Positions 29,597 to 38,899 of a stretch of 64,000 nt of DNA are shown piece by piece. A model generated the notes under the pieces. The model saw only the letters and a program-made list of their open reading frames with translations, did no database searches and had not been told where the DNA came from. The DNA lies in assembly GCA_963841915.1 (NCBI GenBank), contig CAWJEN010000005.1, positions 1,088,001-1,152,000 of the forward strand. Reading direction: 5' to 3'. Source of the stretch: an uncultured Planctomycetota bacterium (GTDB lineage: Bacteria; Planctomycetota; Phycisphaerae; Tepidisphaerales; Tepidisphaeraceae). Positions within the stretch are counted from its first letter, which is position 1. Every line of letters starts with the position of its first letter. The position numbers and the translations under genes are program-made.

Positions 29597-32500
29597 ATGC
29601 CTGCACACAAAACATTCCGCCGTTCCACCCAGCGCAGTACCTCGCCCCGCCGCTCACCGTGCCCTCGCCGAGGCCTGCGAACCCCGCCGCCTCCTCGCCG
29701 CCCTCACCTGGGACGGCGGCGGCGACGGCACCACCTGGGGCGACGCCTTCAACTGGTCGAGCGATACGGTGCCGACGGCGGCCGACGACGTCACCCTCTA
29801 CGTCCCGGGCGACCTGACGGTTGTCGTAAACAGCAATCGCAGTGTTGGAAGTCTCGACAATCGAGAAACGATCGAAATTAGAGGATCAGATGCCTTCGGC
29901 AGCCCGTTGCTGTCGCTCGCTACTAACGACTCGACCAACAGTGGCACGATCCTGCTGACGAGCACATCGGCGACCAACAACCGGTCGGCGACCGTCAGCG
30001 TCAGCCGGGACGTGACGCTGACCAACGCCGCCGGCGGCCGCATCGTTGCCGAGGCGGGGACGGGCCTGGGTCAAACAGGCCTGCCGTTCCGGAGCCTCAT
30101 CCTGCAAAACGCCAGCGGCGAGACGCCCGGCGGCACCTTCATCAACGAAGGCACCATCGAAGCCGGCGAGGAAGTCGAGTTCCGAATCGACGCCAATGGG
30201 GGTGGAGCAAGCGTCACCAACGATGGCGGCACGCTCGACGCGACGGCCGCCGGGGCCTTGATAGACGTGCAAACGGGCGGCAACGTCCTGACGATCGACG
30301 GCGGGATGGTCGAAGGCGACGTGTTGTTCCGCAACGTGGCGCTGTCGCTCGGTGCGGCCCCGGCCGGCGGTGTCCTGTCGGTCGAGGGCAGCAGCAACAT
30401 CCTGGTTGGCGGCACGGTGCCGGCCGGGCTGACGCTGGCGGTCACCGCCAGCGACCGCACGGGCAGCGCGATCCTGCGGATCGACGACGACTCGACCAAC
30501 AGTGGCACGATCCTGCTGACGAGCACATCGGCGACCAACAACCGGTCGGCGACCGTCAGCGTCAGCCGGGACGTGACGCTGACCAACGCCGCCGGCGGCC
30601 GCATCGTCGCCGAGGCGGGGACGGGCCTGGGTCAAACAGGCCTGCCGTTCCGGAGCCTCATCCTGCAAAACGCCAGCGGCGAGACGCCCGGCGGCACCTT
30701 CATCAACGAAGGCACCATCGAAGCCGGCGAGGAAGTCGAGTTCCGAATCGACGCCAACGGGGGTGGAGCAAGCGTCACCAACGATGGCGGCACGCTCGAC
30801 GCGACGGCCGCCGGGGCCTTGATAGACGTGCAAACGGGCGGCAACGTCCTGACGATCGACGGCGGGATGGTCGAAGGCGACGTGTTGTTCCGCAACGTGG
30901 CGCTGTCGCTCGGTGCGGCCCCGGCCGGCGGTGTCCTGTCGGTCGAGGGCAGCAGCAACATCCTGGTTGGCGGCACGGTGCCGGCCGGGCTGACGCTGGC
31001 GGTCACCGCCAGCGACCGCACGGGCAGCGCGATCCTGCGGATCGACGACGACTCGACCAACAGTGGCACGATCCTGCTGACGAGCACATCGGCGACCAAC
31101 AACCGGTCGGCGACCGTCAGCGTCAGCCGGGACGTGACGCTGACCAACGCCGCCGGCGGCCGCATCGTTGCCGAGGCGGGGACGGGCCTGGGTCAAACAG
31201 GCCTGCCGTTCCGGAGCCTCATCCTGCAAAACGCCAGCGGCGAGACGCCCGGCGGCACCTTCATCAACGAAGGCACCATCGAAGCCGGCGAGGAAGTCGA
31301 GTTCCGAATCGACGCCAACGGGGGTGGAGCAAGCGTCACCAACGATGGCGGCACGCTCGACGCGACGGCCGCCGGGGCCTTGATAGACGTGCAAACGGGC
31401 GGCAACGTCCTGACGATCGACGGCGGGATGGTCGAAGGCGACGTGTTGTTCCGCAACGTGGCGCTGTCGCTCGGTGCGGCCCCGGCCGGCGGTGTCCTGT
31501 CGGTCGAGGGCAGCAGCAACATCCTGGTTGGCGGCACGGTGCCGGCCGGGCTGACGCTGGCGGTCACCGCCAGCGACCGCACGGGCAGCGCGATCCTGCG
31601 GATCGACGACGACTCGACCAACAGTGGCACGATCCTGCTGACGAGCACATCGGCGACCAACAACCGGTCGGCGACCGTCAGCGTCAGCCGGGACGTGACG
31701 CTGACCAACGCCGCCGGCGGCCGCATTGTTGCCGAGGCGGGGACGGGCCTGGGTCAAACAGGCCTGCCGTTCCGGAGCCTCATCCTGCAAAACGCCAGCG
31801 GCGAGACGCCCGGCGGCACCTTCATCAACGAAGGCACCATCGAAGCCGGCGAGGAAGTCGAGTTCCGAATCGACGCAACCGGCACCGGTGCCAGCATCAC
31901 CAACGAGGGCGATGTCGTCGTTGAAGCTGAGGCGACGGTCGACGTGCAGGGCACGCTCATCGTCGATGACAGCGACAGCGCTTTCCTGAGCGGTGGCCGC
32001 TTCCTTGTCGGAGATGCGGGAACACTTACCTTCTCGCCCGACCTAGTGGAACTCACGTCAGAGCTCGTGCTGACTGGCACAGCGACGGCTGATCTTGCAC
32101 GACTTCAGGTCAACAATGGCGCTATTCGCCTGCTCGAAGGGGCGAATCTCACGATCAACCAGTCCAGTAGCAACCCCTTCGAGAACCGCGGCATCCTCGA
32201 CCTGTCGGCCACCAGCACGCTCACCATTGACGGCGACGTCGCCTTTGGCGGCGTGAGTCAGCCGGTCATTCGCAGCGAGATCGCGTCGGCGGCGGACTTC
32301 GGGCGGGTCGTTGTCAACGGCAGCCTCGACCTCAACTCGCCGGACTCGACGAGCCGGTTTGATCCCGACCTTGTCGGCGGGTTCGACCCGGACGTCGGCG
32401 ACAGCTTTGGCGTCATCACGGCCAGCGGCGGCGTGAGCAACGGGTTCGACTCGTTCCAGGGCGGCGAGGATCCGTCGGGTGACGTGCTGGCGGTGTCGCG

Positions 32501-33077
32501 GCCGGATGGGCAGACGGTGGCGGTGGCGATCGTGCCGGGGCCGTTGCCGCCGGCGCCGCAGATTCTGGGGCAGAGCTTCGAGTTCGAGGAGCGGCTGGCC
32601 GTCACCTTCGACTTCGACCAGGACGTCTCGGCCTTCCTGTCCCGCAGCGATTACACGATCACGAACACCGACACCGGCGAGACGCTGCCGCAGTCGGCGG
32701 GCGTCCTGTCGTTCAACACGACGAGCAACCAGGCGGTGCTGGACCTGTCCGGTGACATTCCGAACGGCAACTACGAGCTCGTCGTCGAGGCGAGCGACAT
32801 CGCCAACGGTGCCGGCGTGCCGGCCAGCGGGCAGCCGATCACGCTCGACTTCTTCGTGCTGGCCGGCGATGCGAATCGTGACCGGCAGGTGTCGATCCTC
32901 GACTTCGCCATCCTCCGAAGCAACTTCGGCTCGTCGGGCGGCACGTTCAGCCAGGGCGACTTCAACTACGACGGCCAGGTGAGCATTCTCGACTTCGCGA
33001 TCCTGCGAAACAACTTCGGCGCGAGCCTGCCGGCACCGGCGGCCTCCATCTTCGCCAGCGAAGAAGAGACGAAGTAG
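29597..33077 (+). CDS. Large secreted LEPRxLL-leader protein with internal tandem repeats and C-terminal dockerin-like domain (frameshift in first about 20 codons)
   Basis: SD-like gagggga then ATG 29597; EACEPRRLLAALTWDGGGDG is in frame with ORF 29769-33077; GDANRDRQVSILDF...GDFNYDGQVSILDF dockerin repeat. Confidence 0.85.
29926..31876 (+). repeat. 561-bp (187-aa) near-identical tandem repeat, about 3.5 copies
   Basis: Units start at 29926, 30487, 31048 and 31609; only a few silent differences seen. Confidence 0.97.
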
Positions 33078-33108
33078 CCGCCGTCAGCTTCAGACGAACG
33101 GCCGTGGG

Positions 33109-33516
33109 ATGGTCGCTGGCGTCCTACGGCCGTTGTCGTTGGCGAAAAAGAATGAGGAGGTCGTTCTCTGGCTCAGGCACCGGGCACCGAACATCGGGTC
33201 GCACGCGGATCTGGGCGACGCGGCGGACGGCGGCGTGGGGTTGTCTCATCGCACTCCAACGGCGATCACGCCTAACCGCCGAGTGCACGACAAGACCGAA
33301 GGCCCATGCCTCCAGCGATACGTGGGCCAGCGCCGCCTTCGACTCGACCGCGTCCCTCTGCTGCCGGGAGCCCGGCGACTTTTTGGATCGAAGGCTCGCG
33401 ATTCCGTTGTCTGTCCCAGTGCGGCATCGACGCCACCCGGCCCCCGCACCCACCGACGCGTGGCCGTCCTGCTGACGGTCCACGGCATCCCACTCCCGCC
33501 ACCGGAGGCGGCGTGA
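33109..33516 (+). pseudogene. Possible degenerate REP-associated tyrosine transposase (RAYT) remnant
   Basis: Fragments VVLWLRHRAP, RVHDKTE, PTDAWPSC resemble the RAYT C-terminal half; no HUH motif. Confidence 0.3.
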
Positions 33517-33654
33517 GCGGGGACGCTGGGATCCCTCCGCCGGCCTTTGAGGGTCTGACGCCTTGTTCTGCTCCGATGTTGGGAGGGGCTACCAGAACAC
33601 TTCGTGTAGTTGCACCAAGCTTGCGGACAGGCGGCCCCTGCCCACAATGTCGCC

Positions 33655-36600
33655 ATGCCTGACGTTTCGTCCGCCGACCGCTTTGTCTCGAAATGGCGGG
33701 GCGTTGAACTCAAGGAAACAAGCGTCAGTCAAGAGCACTTCATTGACCTGTGCCGCCTGCTCGATTTGCCTACCCCCACCGAAGCTGACCCTACCGGCGA
33801 AGACTTTGCCTTCGAAAAGCACACGCTCGTTACCAACACCGCCAGCAAAGGCTCCAAAGGCGTCGGCGGCTTTGTCGATGTCTACAAACGCGGCTGCTTC
33901 ATCTGGGAGTACAAGACCAAGGGCAAGCACAAAGACCTGACCGACGCCTATCGCCAAGCCGTCCAGTACAGAGACGCCCTCGACAGCCCGCCGCTGACCG
34001 TCGTCTGCGACATCGACCGTATCATCGTTCGGACCCACTTCACCGGATACCCGCAGGAGACGCGGGAACTGCTCCTTGAAGAGGTCCCGTCGCACCTGAC
34101 GCTCCTGCGTCGTCTCTTCGAATCGCCCGACACCTTCCGGCCCGACAAGACAACGGAGGCCGTCACCGTCGAACTGGCCAAGACCTTCGGCAACGTGGCC
34201 GGTCGTCTCGTCCACAGCGGCCCTGCCGACGACTCACTCTTCGCCAAGCTCGACACCGGACTTGCGGGAGGCATGGCGACCGCGCACTTCCTGATGAAGG
34301 TCGTCTTCTGCTTCTTTGCCGAAGATACGGGTCTACTGCCAAATGGCCTCTTCAGCCGAGCCATCGAGGCGGCCGTACGCGATCCTGAAGCGTTTCCCAG
34401 GAAGGCGAATCAACTCTTCGACACGATGGCCGCGGGCGGCGACTACGGCGAGCACACGATTCCCTACTTCAACGGCGGCCTCTTCAGAGGTCAACACGAT
34501 GCCGTCTACTTGAATCAGGGCGAACTCCGCGATCTGCTCAAGGTCTCCGCCAAAGACTGGAACGGAGTCGATCCGAGTATCTTCGGTACGCTCTTCGAGC
34601 GGTTGCTCGACCCCGCCAAGCGTGCACAGATCGGCGCTCACTACACGAGCGAGCATGACATTCGGCTCGTCATCGACCCGGTGATCATGGAACCGCTGCG
34701 TCGCAAGTGGAAGGGATTGCAAGCCGACCTTGCCGCCGACGCCGTGCAGGCGGCGGCCATCGACGACAAGAAGGCGCGTGAAGTTGTCGGTGCCCCAGTG
34801 GTCATCGCGCTTCGCGGGTTCCGCGAGCACCTCGCAAGCCTGACGATCCTCGACCCGGCATGCGGTAGCGGCAACTTCCTCTATGTCGCCCTGCGCCGTC
34901 TGCTCGACCTTGACGCCGACGTCGTCGCCTGGGCCGCGCGGCACGGGATCACGCTCGACCCCAAACCGCTCGTCACGCCGCGTCAGCTCCGCGGCATTGA
35001 GATCAATCCCTTCGCCGTCGAGCTGGCGCAGGTGAGCGTGTGGATCGGCTACCTGCAATGGCTGCTCGCCCGCGGCATCGACCACCCGACGAAGCCCGTC
35101 CTGCAAACCCTCGACACCATCGTCTGCCGCGACGCCATCCTGACCGAAGACGGCAAACCCGCCGCGTGGCCGGAGGCGGACTTCATTGTCGGCAATCCGC
35201 CGTTCCTCGGCAGCAAGCAGTTTCGCCGGCACGGGCTGAGCGACGCGTACCTCGACCAGCTCTACAAGGCCTTCCCCGACACGCCGAACACGAGCGACCT
35301 GTGCGTCTACTGGTTTGAACTGGCCCGGCGGATCGTCAAACAGAAGCCGGAGGTGCGCGTCGGGCTGTTGGCGACGCAAGCGATCCGAGGCGGGGACAAC
35401 CGGAAGGTGCTTGCTCAGATTGCCGACGACTCGGCGATTTTCAATGCTTGGAGCGACCGCCCTTGGACTCTCAACGGTGCAGCGGTTCGAGTGAGCATCG
35501 TCGCGTTCAGTGGTAGAAATAAAGATGACGATGCCACGGTTGACGGAGTAAAGGTCGACAAAATCAACGCGGATTTGTCGTCAAGCGTCGATGTCACTCA
35601 AGCCGTAAAGCTCAAGCACAACTCTGGTGTAGCGTTCATGGGTGACACTAAGGGCGGTGCATTTGACATCGACTTTGACGCTGCCGCTCAGATCGCTCGC
35701 GAACCTACGTTGGGAACTTCAAGGCATTCCGATGTGATGCGACCGTGGATGAACGCAGGCGACTTGACCCGTCGTCTTCGAGGTAAGTGGATCATCGACT
35801 TTGGCACCTCAATGAGCAAAGAGGACGCTGCTGACCACGAAGCGGCGTTCCGATTCGTCGAGAAAGAGATCAAGCCGACGCGGATCAAGAATCGTCGTCG
35901 GACTTACGCGGCGCATTGGTGGCTTCATGTTGAGCCGAGGCCTGCGATGCGCGAAGCGACTGCCGATCTTGATCGCGTCGTTCTCACACCACGCGTCGCA
36001 TCCCACCGATTGTTTGTCTTCGTTCCGCGGACGACGCTGCCAGACAGTCGTCTGTTTCTGTTTGCACGATCTGACGACTACTTCATCGGCGTTCTTCATT
36101 CTGCCATTCATGAACTGTGGTCCCTCGCGACCTGCGGGTGGCACGGATTCGGCAACGACCCGACTTACAACGCCACGACTTGCTTTGAGACCTTTCCGCT
36201 CCCGTGGCCGCCCGGGGCCGAGCCCGGCGAGGGGGAGGACGGTGGTGGGGGGTACGACCTGCTGCAAGCCGTCGCGGGCGCGGCCGAGGCGTTGGTGGCC
36301 AAGCGGGATGCGTGGCTGAATCCGCCGGAGTGGGTCGCCGAGGTCGCCAGGAAGGTCGATCTGGGCGAGGACTTCTCAACGGTCCCCGCCGATGTCCGCC
36401 CCCTCGTCCGCGACTCGGCCATCGCCGCCGCGAGCGCCAAGGACGCCCGCCTGAAGAAGCGCACGCTCACCAACCTCTACAACGCCCGGCCCGAGTGGCT
36501 GAAGCTCGCCCACGAATCCCTTGACCGCGCCGTCCTCGCCTGCTACGCGAGCGTGGACCCCCAAGGGGATTGGAACCCCGACTGGTCCGCCGTCTGGCAC

Positions 36601-36732
36601 GACACTGGCGCCGGACGCCTGCCGGCGAACGACGCCCCGGACGAAGTGAAGACCCGCCGCGCTGAGGTCGACCGCCTCGTCCTGTCGAACCTGCTGCGCC
36701 TTAACAAGCAGCGGTCTGCCCCCACCTCGTAG
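33655..36732 (+). CDS. Type IIL (MmeI-like) restriction-modification enzyme, N6-adenine MTase
   Basis: N-terminal D..K.G.FIWEYK nuclease motif, FNGGLF, IFGTLFE, GAHYT, DPACGSGNFL, IVGNPPFLG, TRD, RTLTNLYN. Confidence 0.92.
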   Translation: MPDVSSADRFVSKWRGVELKETSVSQEHFIDLCRLLDLPTPTEADPTGEDFAFEKHTLVTNTASKGSKGVGGFVDVYKRGCFIWEYKTKGKHKDLTDAYRQAVQYRDALDSPPLTVVCDIDRIIVRTHFTGYPQETRELLLEEVPSHLTLLRRLFESPDTFRPDKTTEAVTVELAKTFGNVAGRLVHSGPADDSLFAKLDTGLAGGMATAHFLMKVVFCFFAEDTGLLPNGLFSRAIEAAVRDPEAFPRKANQLFDTMAAGGDYGEHTIPYFNGGLFRGQHDAVYLNQGELRDLLKVSAKDWNGVDPSIFGTLFERLLDPAKRAQIGAHYTSEHDIRLVIDPVIMEPLRRKWKGLQADLAADAVQAAAIDDKKAREVVGAPVVIALRGFREHLASLTILDPACGSGNFLYVALRRLLDLDADVVAWAARHGITLDPKPLVTPRQLRGIEINPFAVELAQVSVWIGYLQWLLARGIDHPTKPVLQTLDTIVCRDAILTEDGKPAAWPEADFIVGNPPFLGSKQFRRHGLSDAYLDQLYKAFPDTPNTSDLCVYWFELARRIVKQKPEVRVGLLATQAIRGGDNRKVLAQIADDSAIFNAWSDRPWTLNGAAVRVSIVAFSGRNKDDDATVDGVKVDKINADLSSSVDVTQAVKLKHNSGVAFMGDTKGGAFDIDFDAAAQIAREPTLGTSRHSDVMRPWMNAGDLTRRLRGKWIIDFGTSMSKEDAADHEAAFRFVEKEIKPTRIKNRRRTYAAHWWLHVEPRPAMREATADLDRVVLTPRVASHRLFVFVPRTTLPDSRLFLFARSDDYFIGVLHSAIHELWSLATCGWHGFGNDPTYNATTCFETFPLPWPPGAEPGEGEDGGGGYDLLQAVAGAAEALVAKRDAWLNPPEWVAEVARKVDLGEDFSTVPADVRPLVRDSAIAAASAKDARLKKRTLTNLYNARPEWLKLAHESLDRAVLACYASVDPQGDWNPDWSAVWHDTGAGRLPANDAPDEVKTRRAEVDRLVLSNLLRLNKQRSAPTS

Positions 36733-36985
36733 CTAACGAGGGTGGGAGTTGCGACCATGCGCCAGAGATTAAAGGTCGGGAGCTGTTTCCGGTGCGGTAG
36801 GAGGCAAGGGCCGCTCCCAAGGCACCACGGTGGCGTGGAAGCGTCTCCGTAAGGTTCCACCCGCATCGCATGGGAGCGGCCAACCTGAACGGTCTTGGCG
36901 ATTCATCACGACACGTCGTGTCGTGGCACTCGGTCGCCGTTGTCGTGCATGCGCGGCGGGGCGGCGTGGATGCCGCGGGATATTT

Positions 36986-37150
36986 GCGGAGCGCATTTCA
37001 TTCTGCGTGCGTGCATTGCAACGCTGCGTGCATGCAATGAAAATCTCGTGCGCAAAGCGACGCGGCGTGCATGACAAAGGACATTCCACGCATGCAATGG
37101 AGTCGCGCATGCATGCGATGCGACGCCGCGTGCATCAAAACTCATTCTGC
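36986..37150 (+). repeat. Degenerate 21-bp tandem array A (GTGCATGCA core)
   Basis: Units at 36986, 37007, 37028, (37049 short), 37067, 37088, 37109, 37130. Confidence 0.7.
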
Positions 37151-37388
37151 ATGGGGGCATAACGGACCTTCCGCGACGTCCGAGCCGTCTGCCAGCATCG
37201 GTCGTGCGATGTTCCCGGACCCGCCGGATGAACGGGCGTCGTTCGGCCGACGACGCGAGGCGTCCAAGGGGCAGCCGTGGCCGAACGGAACGGCTGGTGG
37301 CATGGATCGTGAGCCGTCCAGTACTGCAAGGCCGTCGTCGCGTTGGCAGGGCGTGGCTGCGCGGGTGAGTGGGGGGGGGCGATCTTTC

Positions 37389-37598
37389 GAGCTGTGGGGG
37401 CATCCCGCTGAGTCGAAGGGGAGGTCGTTCGCGTCGGAAGGAATCCCCCGCGGCCTGGCAGACATCCCCTCGGATCCGAAAAGCCTCCCCTTCGATTCGA
37501 AAGGCATGCCTAGCGGTTCAGAAGACATCCCCTTCGATCTGAAAGACTTCCCCTCCGAGTCAAAAGCCTTTCCCTTTGCGGCGCGGGGGATCTCTTAT
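37389..37598 (+). repeat. Degenerate 21-bp tandem array B (consensus about GATTCGAAAGGCATCCCCTTC)
   Basis: Ten consecutive 21-bp units, e.g. gatccgaaaagcctccccttc, gattcgaaaggcatgcctagc, gatctgaaagacttcccctcc. Confidence 0.85.
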
Positions 37599-37660
37599 GC
37601 GGACCCAGCCGCCCTGGCTGGGCGTGAGGGGCGGTGAGGCGGGTGGTCGATGCAGTCTCT

Positions 37661-38857
37661 ATGCAGCAGAACGCGATCGCCGTCGTGCAGGGGGAACTCG
37701 TCGAGGACGATGCGTTGGCGACGGCCAAGGTGGACATCGTGACGCGGCAGGGGGAGGCGGTCGTCGGGAAGTACGACGACACGATCGAGCTGCGGCCGGG
37801 GACGCTCAGGGATCTGCCGTGGGTGGACGCGTTGCAGAAGCAGCAGTCGCGGGAGCTGGGGTTCCTGCAGATGAAGGCGCTCGAGGGGAAGGTGCAGCTG
37901 GGGCAGGTGCTGGTGGCGACGGTAATGGACCGGCCGGCCGGGTATTTGATCGCGAGCGACCGGTACATGAAGCGGGACGAGCTCGGGCTGATCACGCAGG
38001 TGAACGTCGAGGCGAAGTATCGGCGGTCGCTCGTGGCGGCGCGGTTGGTGCAGGGGCAGTTCGACCGCAGTGCGTACGGGTGCCGTCTCTATGCGGCCTG
38101 GTGTGCGCAGGATCTGGAGGCGAACCGGTTCTGGGAGGCGATGGGGTTTGTCGCGATCGCGTTCCGGACGGGGGCGTACGGCAAGGCGGAAGGCGGAGGG
38201 CCACGCGTGCACCTGTTCTGGCAGAAGCGGATTCGGCCCGGCGACACGGTGACGTCCTGGTGGTATCCGAGCAAGACGGAGGGCGGGCAGATGCGGGCGG
38301 ATCGGATCGCGTTGCCGATTCCGCCGGGGGTGCATTGGAGCGAGGTGGAGGCGGTGCGCGTGCCGGAAATTGAGGTCGCCCAGAAGCCGGAGGAGAAGGA
38401 TTGGGAGACGGATACGGAAGACGAAGCGGTGGCGGAGGCCCAGTCGCGGGATCGGGTCGTGTGGCCACGGGGCATCGAGGACCGGGACGGCGTGCCGTAT
38501 CGACGGGGCAAGCGGTTGGCGACGGTCGAGATGCTCGTGAAGGAGCAGGGGGCGGGCAACAGCGGGATGTGGCGTGTGCCCGACGACGTGCAGGTGGTCG
38601 ACGAGATGCCCAAGCCAAAGCTCGTCCGCGGCAAGCGGAAGAAGACGAAGGCGAAGAAGCCGAAGATGACGGTGGACCCCAAGTTCGTCGCGATGTCGCG
38701 GGAGCTGCGGGATCGGTACCTGGAGGAGGTGGAGCGGGACCCGTCACTGATCGCGCAGCCTGCGGCGCGGCACGACGTGACGCGGCAACTTGAGCGGAAG
38801 GAGCGGCCGAGCTTCGCCTTGCCTGAGTCTTTCAAGGCGTTGCCGAAGGTGGCGTGA
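37661..38857 (+). CDS. GNAT-family acetyltransferase with long C-terminal extension (paralog 1)
   Basis: QVNVEAKYRRSLVAARLV (motif A), ANRFWEAMGF (motif B); strong similarity to 50828-51928. Confidence 0.8.
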   Translation: MQQNAIAVVQGELVEDDALATAKVDIVTRQGEAVVGKYDDTIELRPGTLRDLPWVDALQKQQSRELGFLQMKALEGKVQLGQVLVATVMDRPAGYLIASDRYMKRDELGLITQVNVEAKYRRSLVAARLVQGQFDRSAYGCRLYAAWCAQDLEANRFWEAMGFVAIAFRTGAYGKAEGGGPRVHLFWQKRIRPGDTVTSWWYPSKTEGGQMRADRIALPIPPGVHWSEVEAVRVPEIEVAQKPEEKDWETDTEDEAVAEAQSRDRVVWPRGIEDRDGVPYRRGKRLATVEMLVKEQGAGNSGMWRVPDDVQVVDEMPKPKLVRGKRKKTKAKKPKMTVDPKFVAMSRELRDRYLEEVERDPSLIAQPAARHDVTRQLERKERPSFALPESFKALPKVA

Positions 38858-38899
38858 GGGTGGGCGACAGGTGCCCGATCGGTTCGGGTGCGGATGCCG

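Noticed and set aside
37371..37379. G9 tract as a phase-variation switch
   Set aside because: It lies in a doubtful ORF about 280 bp upstream of the GNAT start; there is no evidence it affects a real gene, and homopolymer length may be unreliable.
36986..37598. CRISPR array
   Set aside because: Units are contiguous degenerate 21-mers with no identical repeats separated by unique spacers; no cas genes in the window.
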